A stretch of 64,000 bases of DNA, taken from assembly GCF_963853765.1 (NCBI RefSeq), contig NC_088861.1:16120001-16184000 (forward strand), given 5' to 3'. Below the pieces are notes generated by a model. That model had not been told where the DNA came from, made no database searches, and worked only from the letters and a program-made list of their open reading frames with translations. Made by a program: the position numbers and the translations under genes. Shown in pieces: positions 25,401-38,327 of this stretch; position 1 is the stretch's first letter, and each line of letters opens with the position of its first letter. The stretch comes from Magallana gigas. Taxonomy: Eukaryota.

Positions 25401-28400
25401 TATGCGTGTCAAAACCTCCTAATCGTGTAATTTTTATAACTTCAATTCATTTTCTTTCATAGAGTGGGTCTGAGCTCAATATTTTTTTTTTTACAGTCTA
25501 AATGTGGTTTAATGGAATTTAATAAACCGATTGGACTCAACAAAAATGTGGAGAGATGACCCACTACAGTTCAAAAATGTCATTTTGTAGCTCAACAATT
25601 GAAAGTTTTAGAAATATAATACAAGTCCGAAAATTCGTGGTCATAGTCTCATATAGCATTTAAACAACGCACTTTGTTGTGAATGAAATGGCTCACCATG
25701 GTTAGAGCACCATCCATTAGGAAACTTTATAGAACTTGGGTTCGATACCACCAAAACTTAAAAATTTATTATTTTTTTCTTATCTTTTTGAAATATTTCA
25801 AACTGAATATAGTTAGAAATTACCATTTTGTAAACTTGCATAATAACATATCAAATATATTTAATTGAAAAAATGCTAAATTTGAAATTGTATTTTACAA
25901 CTAAACCAAAATGGCAGTTGCGCCATCTTATCCCCCCATCTTCTTTATATACACAGCTGTACGGTCAGAAAAACGTGCGTTCAGCTTGAATTTTGTTTGT
26001 TTGGTGTTTTTAAAAACTTATTTTGTATAATTAATCAATATTTGTTGTAAGTTTACTAGAAAAGTTTAATGTAGCAAGTAATTTATGCGTGTTAAAGTGT
26101 ACTGAGAAGCGATAAAATATACATGTGACTTTCCCGAATTCATTCAAATAGTTTGAATAAATCTATAGCTAAATACAATAGAACAAATGTTTAAAACGTT
26201 GATTAATGAAACTGCCGCGACCGAATGTTGTATGATATTTTTTAAAATTTTCATTCACTTTCGTTGTGAGCAAATGGAAATAATCCCCTAAAGTCGAAGA
26301 TAAAATATTGATTTACTCTTCTGTTTCATGATGACGTGCATTCCAAAAGCAATGCCAGTTTTATCAAACAGGTTCTTGTAAACCCATTCCGTTTTTTTTT
26401 ACACCTTAATGTATTAACTGACTATGAGGGAAAAAAAAGCAAATGTGATGATCCACAAGACTGCAACTTTTTCCCCGTGAAGAAAATGAGGGAAAATGCT
26501 GTCGAGAGGGACAATTAATATACTATATGTATGCCCAAATAGTTAGTAAAAATAAGTATTTTATCATACCAAAGCTTTATTTGTTCTCGTTACGTTGAGA
26601 AATCTACAATATATTTAAAGCACAATAGTCCAATCCACACTTTTCAAAAGTTGTTCCCATTTGCGGGGCCAACCCAAAGGTCAAAAAGGAATAAACCAAA
26701 ATTCCCCTTCTTCAAACAATCAAATATTTGGGCGTACTGTGATGAAATCGCTTTGGATTTGATTTATTCATTCAATATGTGGTGGCAACCATTCAAACGG
26801 GGTTTTAATGTCAACTGATATAGATACAAACATATTGATACAAAATATATATACAAACTTCTATACGACAAAGACTACTGTGATAAATCTTTGGGCCTTT
26901 CCCAAAAGATGACGACCAAGAGACACAGCATTTGTAAAGTGTAGAGTGAGATCACAGCTACGATTTCCACAGAATTATCCATGTAGGAAACTCACGACTA
27001 GTTGTGCGAGTAAGCGTTAAGTATTAGTACATGAATGCGATACTGGTCGCGGTTTTCGACAAAAAAATAATTATCATACATCACTCATTGTTACATGTAA
27101 TATGCCACTTTCAAACGACGCCACCGTCTAACAGTACTTTCAGTACTTTGATTTACAAAAGAAATATATGGTGGAAAAGTGAGACTGAAATCAAAAGTGA
27201 TCGAGCTCGTCTAACTTTTATGGCCCCGCGGGGCCAGGTCTATAAAACCATTTATTGACCTCATCAAAAGGCTATAATTATGTATTATTAATATTCGTCC
27301 CTTAAAATATATATGTATTTGCTGAATTTGAAGATTTTCAAAATATATAAATAGTAATATATCATTTAATATTTTAATATATACCATTAGCTCTTCAAAC
27401 ACTCCAATCATCTGTTGTTTGTACTTTTTAACCTGCTGCTGAGCATGAAATGTCTGGAAAATAAACAGATTTGATTACATGGTTTTTTAGGGAATCATAT
27501 ACCGGTAATAGTGTAAATAAATGAATATACATCATTGTAAAAGATCTTACCAATAATTCCTTCATAACAATCCCTCGCCTTTCTTTTTCTTTTTGAAATT
27601 CCATAAATTTTCGTTCCTTTTCACTGTGAACTTTTTTTTGTTTGTCCTGAAAGTATGAAATATGGTTTTTTTTTTTGAAGAGACTCGTATATTTTTTTTT
27701 ATTTATGAAACAAAATATAATTTGAGATTAACACCGTGTCATTTACCTTGCTTTCATCTTGTGATATAAAGTTTTAATTTTTGTCATTTTTTTTTACGTA
27801 CCAGTAGCTCCTTTAAAACTTGACGCATGCGTTCTCTGTATACATCTCTCTTATCTCCATGGTTGTCATTCTGTTGATCCCAAGAATAAAAGGGTGATTT
27901 CAATGTGAAATTTCAAAACACGCATGAATTCAATTAAATGCATATGATTTTTGAAACTTTTGAAAATCTTAGTACTTTGATTTCTTCTCCCCGGTCTACG
28001 GCGACTAGGCTTGCTCGAGAATCTTGTTGAGTCTGAAATTGATGTGCACAATTTTTATATAATTATAAATAAATATAGATTTATAATAATTTGACAATTG
28101 TAACGGTCATAGGAAGATATATATATTTGTTTTATTTGGATGTGTTTATTATAAAATAACTCATTCAGATACGTACCATGGGAGCTTTGCTTTGTAGTGG
28201 CGATATGCCGTCTCTCTTGGCCTAAGATGGCATGAAGACCTAAAAAAACATTTTTTTTTTCATTGAATAAATCATCTCTGGACGTTTTACTTGAAATAAA
28301 GATTTAAGATTTGAAGATAATTATCAAGTTTCACACGCATACAGTTCTGTGTTTGTATATGCTATATACATGTACATATATGTATATTGAGTAGATTTAA

Positions 28401-29055
28401 TTTTGAAACGTTCATAGTTAATTAAAAGAAACTTACGTTCAGATTAGAATGTCTCTCATGAATGGTCTTTAGATTTCCTGACTTGTTCACATAAGCCACT
28501 AAGTCCTTCTGCAGAAATATTCAAACATAGATTGTGGTTTAATCTGATTTTTGGGGGTGGGGTGGGGTGTTAAACATCTCACTATGCACTTGTGATAATG
28601 CAGTTGTAAAATAATAGCAAGATAGAAATAATCCGTTGTCTGTGGTATACTTAAAGTTAGCGTCATTTTCTATGATATGTATGATTTTTATAATTATGTA
28701 CGTTCGATTTTTAATATGAAGTGTTTACCAATAAATCCCTCTGGACCTGCTCAACAGTCCGTCTTCTCGTTCTCATCTCGCTCTGAGTTTGATTCTGAAG
28801 AAAAGAAAAAAAATCGACTTAAATAAGGAACTAACCAAAAAGATCTAAAGACGAATACCAATGTGGGAAATCCGTCGGAATGCACGGAGATATTAAAATA
28901 TTGAAACTTTGATAATTCAGTTAAAATTTGAAATAACACAACAACCAAAAGCTTATATCGGAGTGATAAAAGAGCAATTCATTCTAAATTATACAAAAGT
29001 GACATTCATTTGTAGTTAATTACGGTAAAATAATCATACTTACATTCTTCTCCAT
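22417..29055 (-). pseudogene. Copy D: diverged, probably disabled paralogue of the helical-repeat gene
   Basis: Exons: 29055-29044 (MEKN), 28794-28729, 28239-28177 (TGG>TAG at 28222-28224), possible 28032-27976, 27870-27802, 27646-27551, 27453-27385, [3.6-kb insertion], 23581-23513, 23375-23308 (68 nt, 1-bp deletion), 23153-23037, 22728-22603, 22485-22417 (THSKKTKKGGLRKRVLRFLGLK*). Confidence 0.75.
23654..27234. mobile_element. ~3.6-kb TIR element, PIF/Harbinger-like by TSD, no intact transposase ORF
   Basis: TIRs GTCCCGGGGTCATAAAAGTTAGACGAGCTC ... GAGCTCGTCTAACTTTTATGGCCCCGCGGGGC; CAG at 23651-23653 and 27235-27237 (a CWG-type 3-bp TSD is known for some Harbingers). Confidence 0.7.
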
Positions 29056-29119
29056 CTTTCTTCTTCGTTGTGGCAACAACAATGATTATGACGTCATAGA
29101 TAACGATCGTCATAATGAC

Positions 29120-29155
<36 letters not shown>

Positions 29156-29432
29156 GCAATTTCATGAATGCAAAATGTTTGATCCACCATTCTATATTTC
29201 CCGCTAATTCCAATGTTTTCAACCAATGTCGAAAAGAATTTACTATCAAATTAATCTTTATATATGTAAATCTTATATATTTAACCATATTTATGGCCTT
29301 GTCGATTAAACCTATTAGAATAAATCCACATTTTATTTTGTTTACATGAGTATATGGCATGTGGCACTGGTATATGGCATGTCGTAAATACAAAGCAGTT
29401 CGAATTATCTCGAAAATCATGTTTATCGCGTG

Positions 29433-30957
29433 ATGGCGACAGTCGTTTTAGACAATGGAGCCGGTGCTGCTAAAGTGGGATACGCAACTGACAAAGAACC
29501 AAGGTATTTTTTTTTGTAATAAACTGTTTGGTTTTTAAACCCTTTTCGGTAAAATGTTCATAATGTCAAAAATCCCAAATGTACTAATTGGATGCATTTA
29601 TTTCGAATTTTCTCTTCATCAAAATACTGAGTGGTGTTCTTCTAAGAGCGTTATTGCTCAGGCATTCTCTAAAGCTTATAAACGACATTGATCAGTATTG
29701 TAAGCAGTAACGTTATATAATTGATGAAAGAGTTTATTTAGTCAAATGTATTTTTTTTTATCTTGCTTACAGGATTGTTCCAAATTGTGTGACCAAAGCT
29801 AAGAATGTAAGGACCAGAATATTTATTGGCGATCAAATTGATGATTGCAAAGATCTATCAGGACTGTATTATCTCCTGCCATTTCAAAAGGTATAATTTC
29901 CCCATTATATGATAAACAGTTAGAACTGTTCGAAGTATATTCCATCTTCACAACGTCAAGGTTTTGTGATTACGGCACTGTCAATTTATATAATTTATAT
30001 AGTTCACAATGAAGGCTGAAAGAGTGTTATCTTGGAGAGACTCTTCGAGAGTCGGAGACTGGAAACTTTTTGACAGAATCTCCGACCTAGCTGGGACAAT
30101 AATCTCAAGATTTGCCAGAATCAGTCAAAACTTTTTCAGTCTTAACAAATTTTGCTAAGATTTAAAAGTGTGATGTAGGCCTTATGGAATTTTAACAGGG
30201 ATTTTCTGTATGCAAGGTTATTAATTATTGCCCCATGTTATTTACACCCTTCTTCAGTTGCAAATGGTTTTACCCTGCCTTGAATTCTTTCAAACAAAGT
30301 TGTGTTTAAAGAAAAATAAGTAAGGCATCGGAATATGCCAAGTCTTAAATTCGCCTGCTGCAACGAGGGCAAATGAGGGAAAAATATTTCCCTGCACAGG
30401 GTATTATTTTACTTTAAAAGAAAGATGTAATTTTTTTTTTGTTTAAAGTTGATTCAATTTCTTTTTACAGGGGTATTTAGTCAATTGGGATATAGAACGT
30501 CAAGTGTGGGACTACATTTTTGGAAAAGACACTCTGAAGGTAAATTGTTATAATTTGTTTTTCTTTTTGATTGTTAACATATTGAGCACAAACAATATTT
30601 CTTTCAATAGTACTAGATATTACTGTGATGTGATTTTTAAACAATTGATAATTTTAAAGCTTTTGAAAATGAATAATCATTGTTTTGGTCATGAATTTCT
30701 TTCAGGTGGATTTCAATGAAACCAACTTAATTGTGACTGAGCCATATTTTAACTTCAATTCTGTCCAAGAGGCTATGAATGAAATCTTTTTTGAGGAATA
30801 TGCATTTAAATCTGTTTTAAAATCTAATCGTAAGTACTTCTTTCATGTCTAATTCATTTTTGATTTTATATGGATTTCCATGATTTTATCTTTCATCAAA
30901 CATCAATTTGTTTGGGATATTAATTCCTGTGTGAGGGGTATACTAAAATCCACGAAA

Positions 30958-31029
<72 letters not shown>

Positions 31030-34000
31030 TTTAACGTGGTTTTCAGAAGGAAAAATTCAGTTTACCATTATTGACATGGTGAAAATGGCACAGGGGCAGG
31101 CGGGCGTCTGCCAAAAGGGTACCCTTATTGTACGGATATTTCCTCCTACAGTTTCCAAGATAGGAAGTTGTTCTTCAATTGTACATATATTAGAGATGTG
31201 CTTATTGCTAGGATTTTGATTTCTGATAATTTATGAAAAAAATGCCAGCTGTTGAACTTAGTCATTTTTGGGGCAAAATATTGCATAAAGAGTACCCCAT
31301 TTCTCTGGATAGGTTGTGTTCATCAATTCAGGGTTGACAAATGGATTATGGATACTGTTTTAACTTTACACAAAAGAGAACCTGGTTTGCTGTCACATTG
31401 ACAGCTTTTCTCTTGTTGTTTCAAATCTAACTGAAGATCTTGATCAATATCCATTGCTCTGATGTGAAGTTTGTATTAATTATCATTATTTAGGACTTGT
31501 TAAGCATGGTTATATGTTTATGAATTTTTTTCTTTAGCTTCCTTTCTAAGTCAGTACAAGTACACTAAGGAGACCAATGCACCACCTCTGTGTAGTGTGG
31601 TGCTGGACACTGGTTACTCTTTCTCTCATGTGGTGCCTTATTTAAAGGGAAAGAAGATCCCAGAGGCAGTCAAAAGGTAACGAAAAGATAGGAAACATGA
31701 TTTCAAGTTAAAGGGTACACCTTTTGCATACAAGGCCAGTTTTTTTTTAAAAGTTGTTTTTCTAGATTGAGCAACCCAAATAAAAAAAAAAAGTTCTGTG
31801 TGAAATCAGATGAATGAATTTATTTAAACTGTCATGTTTTACTAGAAAAATCAGCATACATAAAATGAGATGTAAGGATATTTTTCAAGAGGGAATTTAC
31901 ATTGGATATGTTTTCAATCTTTTATTTATAATAAATTAATTTAATTATAATTAATTAAATATTTTATTATGCAAGTAAATGTATACATTTATATAAATGG
32001 ATTAGACAGCAGGCAATGCCTATGTAAGCCTTCTCCATAATTAGATATCGTACATTTGTTTATACAGTAGAATGTGTGACAGCTTTCATGGTTTTTTTTT
32101 CAGAGTAAATGTAGGTGGCAAAGTTTTAACCAATCATCTGAAGGAGGTGATATCTTACAGGTATTTATCCTTAGCTTACTATACTTTAATGTTTGTACAT
32201 ATATTTGTTGAGAGAGGAAACTAGCTTTACCAATTCAAACTGTTTGAGTTACCTGCCCTTGAATGCCTTGCTGTTTGAATCTCTAGCATTATTGATTGGA
32301 ATCCCAGGAGCATTGGCTCAAGAAAAAACCTCAAAGAAACGCTGCTAGTTTTTCAAGATAAATAAACTGTAGAAGCAGAAATATTCTTTGAGGATTTAAA
32401 TTCGTTAATTTTGTTGGCAGTATAAATAAACAAATGTAAATCCATGACGAATTATGAACCAAAGTATTAATGAATACAAAATATGACGAAATTAAATGCC
32501 AATGAAATTGTGTTTGGTCGGTTGACAATGGTTTTCTCGGGGTGTCAATTTCAACTCTTACCCTCCTAAACAGGCACTATTTATATATGTTTAGAGCTGG
32601 TCAAAAGTTTTGTTGTTTTTTTTTTTTTTACTATGATATTCGTAGAAGAGATGTACAGAAATTTAGAAATTATGTTTTAGTGATTTAAATTTAGGCAACA
32701 TGTAGTTTTATTTCTAACATAGTGCCTTGACTATTGTAAGTTAAATGTTCTTGAAAAAATAAGCAAAACATTGGTACTATGAATACTTATAGCTGAAACA
32801 TTAACTGGTACAAGGACCTCAAACTTTGTCTAGAATTTTTTAAATCAATCGCTTGAAAATATATAGAGATATAGAGAAAAAAATAAGTCTTTAAGTTGGA
32901 CATGATTACTGGTGATTAGTCTAAGAGGACTCTTTGATTGTGGCCATTTTTAGACTATAATAATTTCCTTGACATAAAGAGCTCTGTAAAAAGAAATGTT
33001 TTTTAAAAGACAATTGTTCCAATTTCAAAGGTAAAATATTTGGAATTTTTCTTTTATGAACAATAGTTTAATGGTTATGTTAAGAAATAATCTCTAAAAT
33101 GTTAAGATACAGACCCTGGAATGTGTACTACACCAGTTGCATGGTTCGGTTTGGTAGGCCTTTTGAATGATACGGTTCTTATTGTGAACGGTACGGTTCT
33201 TTTTGTGAACGATAGGTTCTTTATGTGAACGGTACGGTTTGTTTCTTGCCCGGAAGGGTACAGTTCATTTTTGAGGTGTAGTAGCACATTTTAAGGTCTG
33301 TAGTTTTGATAAGTAACTAATGTAGAATTAATTGTCTCACACAGACAGCTGATGGTGATGGATGAAACGTACGTCATTAACCAAGTGAAGGAGGATGTCT
33401 GCTATGTGTCGTCACAGTTTATGGAGGATATGGATATTGCCAAGTGAGTCAGAGTATGAGAATATCTAAAATATAATTACACTATATAGAAACAGGAAAG
33501 ATAGATTTAAATGTATAGCACCCTTGAAAAATAAATTGTTTGCCCGTGAAATTTTATTTAGTCAGATATGTATAATGTTGGTAGAATGTAACTTAACGAG
33601 CACAAAAACTTTACCAAGACAATACAGTTGTGTGACATATAAGATTATTTTAAGTTCCTAGAATATTTTGATTGCTTGATCTTATACCCTCAATCCTCTC
33701 TATTAAAAGTGAAACTCTTTATTCCTCAGGAAGAAAGGTAAAGAGAACACGATAGCCAGGGACTATGTTCTGCCTGACTACACCCACATCAAGAGGGGCT
33801 ACGTCAGACCCCCGGAGGAGACCACAGGGAAGGCCAAGGACGGGGAGCAGGTTTGTATGATACGTGTACCGTCAATGTTGAAATATTTGCATCCATGATG
33901 GAATTACTCAAAATTTACAGTGACTAAAAATTTTAGAATATTTATAATTAGGTTAACAATTTCTGTAAGAGGCACTTTAATGTACATGTACCACATGTAC

Positions 34001-37000
34001 ATGCATGCATGAAATCATAACATTTTCATGCATGCATGTACATTTAGAAAATTAAATTCCTCACTTTAGCAAAATTAACTCCAGGCAAATGTGTGGTTAC
34101 ATGGACAGGTTTTAAACCATGTAGATCGAAATACCAATTTTTATATTATATGTATGTGTGCAATACTCCTCTTTTAATCTTGTGTATAATTATCATCATA
34201 AGGAGGAAAAAAGGGAGGGTAAAATATATATAAGAAATATTATTGTTATAAAGATGGAAAATAGAAGGATTTTTAACATTAATGTAAAAGATTATTATGT
34301 GTTATTACCACTAAATGTGTGAATATACATGTATGCTTAAAACAGTATGCATCAATATTGTAGGTATTATTTCTGCAAAAATAGACATATTACTAAAGTA
34401 ATAAACAACGTGAAAGTTCACCTGTTTGTGGGTGAATATGTAAATGCAGATACCCTCTGCTGGTTAATTAATAAGTGTATATATCAATCATTTATGGAAA
34501 TCATCTTGTTCATTAGGTGTATATTACCTGTGTATGGAGATTTTCGTGTTACATGTAATGGGCTAAGTATAGAGTCATTTCACAAAGATTGCTTTTACAA
34601 GTTTCTAATGCTTTTATAACAAGGACAGGGCTCTTTTGGCAAGCTATAGTGATCAGTCTGTTTGTCTGTCCATCCAACATCACTTGTCTGTAGCTTATTT
34701 TCTATTCCCTATCATAATGCCAAATCTGGCTCATACTACACCCACAGAATTCCATTTTTTAGAAAGTGAGTAGTGACTTGAATTTATTTTCTATAGACAG
34801 GGGATAAGGTCATAGCAGACCTATGTAAAAAATGCTTGTCCGGTCGATATTTTCTTTCCCTTCTATCCCACAATCTAGTTTATACTTCACCAATAAAGTG
34901 CCCTTGAAAAAAGGGTACTGTGGAATCATTAAAATTCAAGGTGGCTCAATTTTCGTGGTATTCGTGGGTACCTCTCACCCATGAATTTACATCCTCCACG
35001 AAAACTAATTACAAAAGATTAAGTTTTCCTTCTGAAACTGAAAACCGACGCATCCACGAAATTACGTCCCCGCAATAAGCAAAAAACCCACAATCCACGA
35101 AAATTGGCCCCAACGAAATTAAATGATTCCACAGTATGCAACAACCAAGAACCAAGTTTCTGGGTGAAAGGTCAAGGTCATATCAGAACTCTGTGAAAAA
35201 TCCTTGTTTGGACCATATATTCTCTGCACTGAGCCCAATTTAGTTCAGACTTACTAAATGACTGCTTGTAGGTAAGAAGTGTTCTGTAACCTTTCATCAA
35301 ATTTCTAAGTCAAATAGCAGACCTCTGTAAAATCCTTAAAACCATCCCCCCCCTGTCCCTATTTGACTTGTACTGCACCCTAGGAGTGATTGGTGGAAGA
35401 AAGATTTGCAGTGATCTTTAACTAAAATTCTAAGTAAAGAAGTCAAATTTAAAACACTTTTTATCCTAACATATTTCACTAAGGTGGTGCCCTTTGAGAT
35501 AGTCATGATTTCATTGATTACCCTTTGAATTCAGATTTTCTTTGTGTAAATAATCCGTATGAACAAGGAGAGGTTTGCTATCCCCGAGCTCCTCTTTCAT
35601 CTCAGTAATGTCTAGTTGAATTTGATTTTTTTTTTGTATAGATAATTCGTATGAACAACGAGAGGTTTGCTATCCCCGAGCTCCTCTTCCACCCGTCTGA
35701 CGTCGGGGTCCAGGAGATGGGCGTGGCTGAGGCTCTGGTGTACGCCATCAGTACTCTGCCTGAAGGTCTGTACTATTTCTTCTGTTAATGAATAGGGCTG
35801 GATGGTCATAGCCATTGATTTTTATTCCATATTTACCTCCTTTAGAAAAAGAGCTTTGTATGAAAACATTCAAATTTTAAATCTTAAATATTTGGATTTT
35901 TCCTTACTTAATACTGTTTATGGTAAAAAATATCATATTTAAAATTTGAAAGCAAATCTGATTGGTACGTGTAATTTGTTGACAATCCAGACTCCTCAAC
36001 TGCAGAAAGTATTTGATGTAGCCCTCACCAGTAAACATCAGATATAAAAAATCGGAGAGGGCTACATTATTGCAGCTATGTTTCTATATACACTCCCAAT
36101 AGGACTCTTGTTTTACTGTAAAATGTGCTTATAAGGAAGTCAAATGGAAACATTCTTATAATAAAACTTAAATTCTTCATATTCATAAAAGTGGAAAGGT
36201 ATATATGCAAGGATGAGGGAAAATATGTCATTCCTTAAACCAAAGGTTTCCATTCTTACAAATGATTTTGAACACGTTGTTTTAATTGACAATTTTTGTA
36301 TATGTATAACATTACTTAAAATGTTTGTGTCTTTTTTTGTTTGGTTAGAAATGCAGCCCCATATGTATAAGAACATTGTACTGACCGGCGGCAATTGTTT
36401 ATTACCCGGCTTCTCTGATAGATTGTAAGTAAATACTTTTATAATTTTTTGTACTCTTGGCATTCACGACCTTCATTGCTTTGCTGGTTATAAGTAGATA
36501 TGATATTTAGAATTATGGCCTTGAATGGACAGGGATTGACTGTATACAGGTTTTTTTTTCGCCCTATGTAATTTTTGTCCTTCTACCCTTGCAAATAGTT
36601 TTTCCCCCCATCTTTATTTCACCCATACACAGTTGTTTTAAAAAGTGTAGATTTAAGTTTGTTCAAATCATGGTCCCCGGGGGTGGGGCCACAATTGGGG
36701 GATCAAGTTTTAAAAAGGGGTTACATTTAGACATTGGAATTCTACCAGTGTCGAGTCTTAAAATTCGCCCTCCGACAACAAGGGCAAAAGGGGCAAAAAT
36801 AATACGGGGGAAAATATTTCCCTGTATACAGTACATGTAGTTGTTTTAATGATAGGCCATTTATTTTATCATAGAAATATTTTCAAAATGTTCAAAAAGA
36901 CTCATGTAGCATCCAATTCTAAAAATGGTTGTTAAAAGGGGCAACTGATGAAAATTTGCAAAACAAACAAATACCAAAGAGAAAAGACTGAAATAAATTT

Positions 37001-38276
37001 AATATAAAAGTATAGGGATAGGTTGTTTAAAACTTTCCTAAAAAGCATTCATAAGGGGGCTTTACATATTATTGCTTTTTGGTTTAACCTTTCAGGGATT
37101 ACAATTTTGGTTTACATCATGGGTTGAGATTGTTTGTTATATTTAGAGAAATACATTTTCAACTGAGGTTTCTCTTTCCTTACAGTTATGCTGATGTGAG
37201 AAGTATGGCGCCTGAAGATTTTGACATCAAAGTGAAGACCCCAAACAAGTAATTGTTACATTAATTTAAATCTCCGTTTTATGTTTGCTTGATTATCCCC
37301 ACGATAATTCATGATATACATGTATGATTATAAAGATACATGTTAGTATTTAAAAACCGCAGATGTAGAGCTCTATTTAAATAAAAATCATATTACACTA
37401 TGATGCAAAGTTAATTTAGGGAAACAATAAATAGTTGTAGATTATTTAGGCCTATATATATATAAGTATTAGTATCATTATAATGATTATAGACCAATAA
37501 TCGGTGTTGTTATACTTTCATGTTAAATACTGAAATCTTATTGGTTTAGACGCAGTTCATAATCCGTTCTATTACCCTCAGCGTTAGCAACGCACTTAGC
37601 AACGGGTAACATTAAAAATTGTTACATGCGCGAAAATAATGCGCGTACGGTTCGCCATAGAATTCACGTTATTCCTATGTAAAAGCAGTTAAGTTTTCTT
37701 TAAAATTAAGACATTCAGTATAACAAAATAAATAGTGCCTGTTTGGTAGGATAACAGTTGAAATTGACACCCCTTGAAAACCATTGTCAACCTCCACTTC
37801 GCGTCGGTTGACAATGGTTTTCTCGGGGTGTCAATTTCAACTGTTACCCTCCCAAACAGGCACTATTTATATAGTGGTTTGATGATGATGTAGTGATATT
37901 GACAGTGAATGATTGGATTGTTTCAACTCTGGGAAAAACTGAATTGATAGTTTTTACTAAGTTATGAATCGAAGAATGATAACCTTATAAAAAAAACATT
38001 TTTCGACAGGGTTCAAGGTTGAAAATCACATTGTTATCTTGGGCAACAGTTTTATCAATGGTACAAAGTGTAGATTACATAAAGACACAGTTTCTATCTA
38101 ATCTAGGAAATGCACTGTTACACATGTAATTTATAACTTTAAAATGTTAACACAGCATTCTTTGATCAAATCGATTCATTTTCAGCCAAGACTTGCAGTT
38201 AAGAAATGCATGCTGATTAGAAATGGTGCAAAATTAGTTGAATCAAATTTAACAAAACTGGCCAGTATTGGCCCTC

Positions 38277-38327
<51 letters not shown>

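Noticed and set aside
34347-34619. Remaining 60-110 aa ORFs in introns and intergenic DNA, including those over (GA)n, (AT)n and poly-G
   Set aside because: Expected by chance in AT-rich or low-complexity DNA; no splice signals, paralogy or recognisable motifs.
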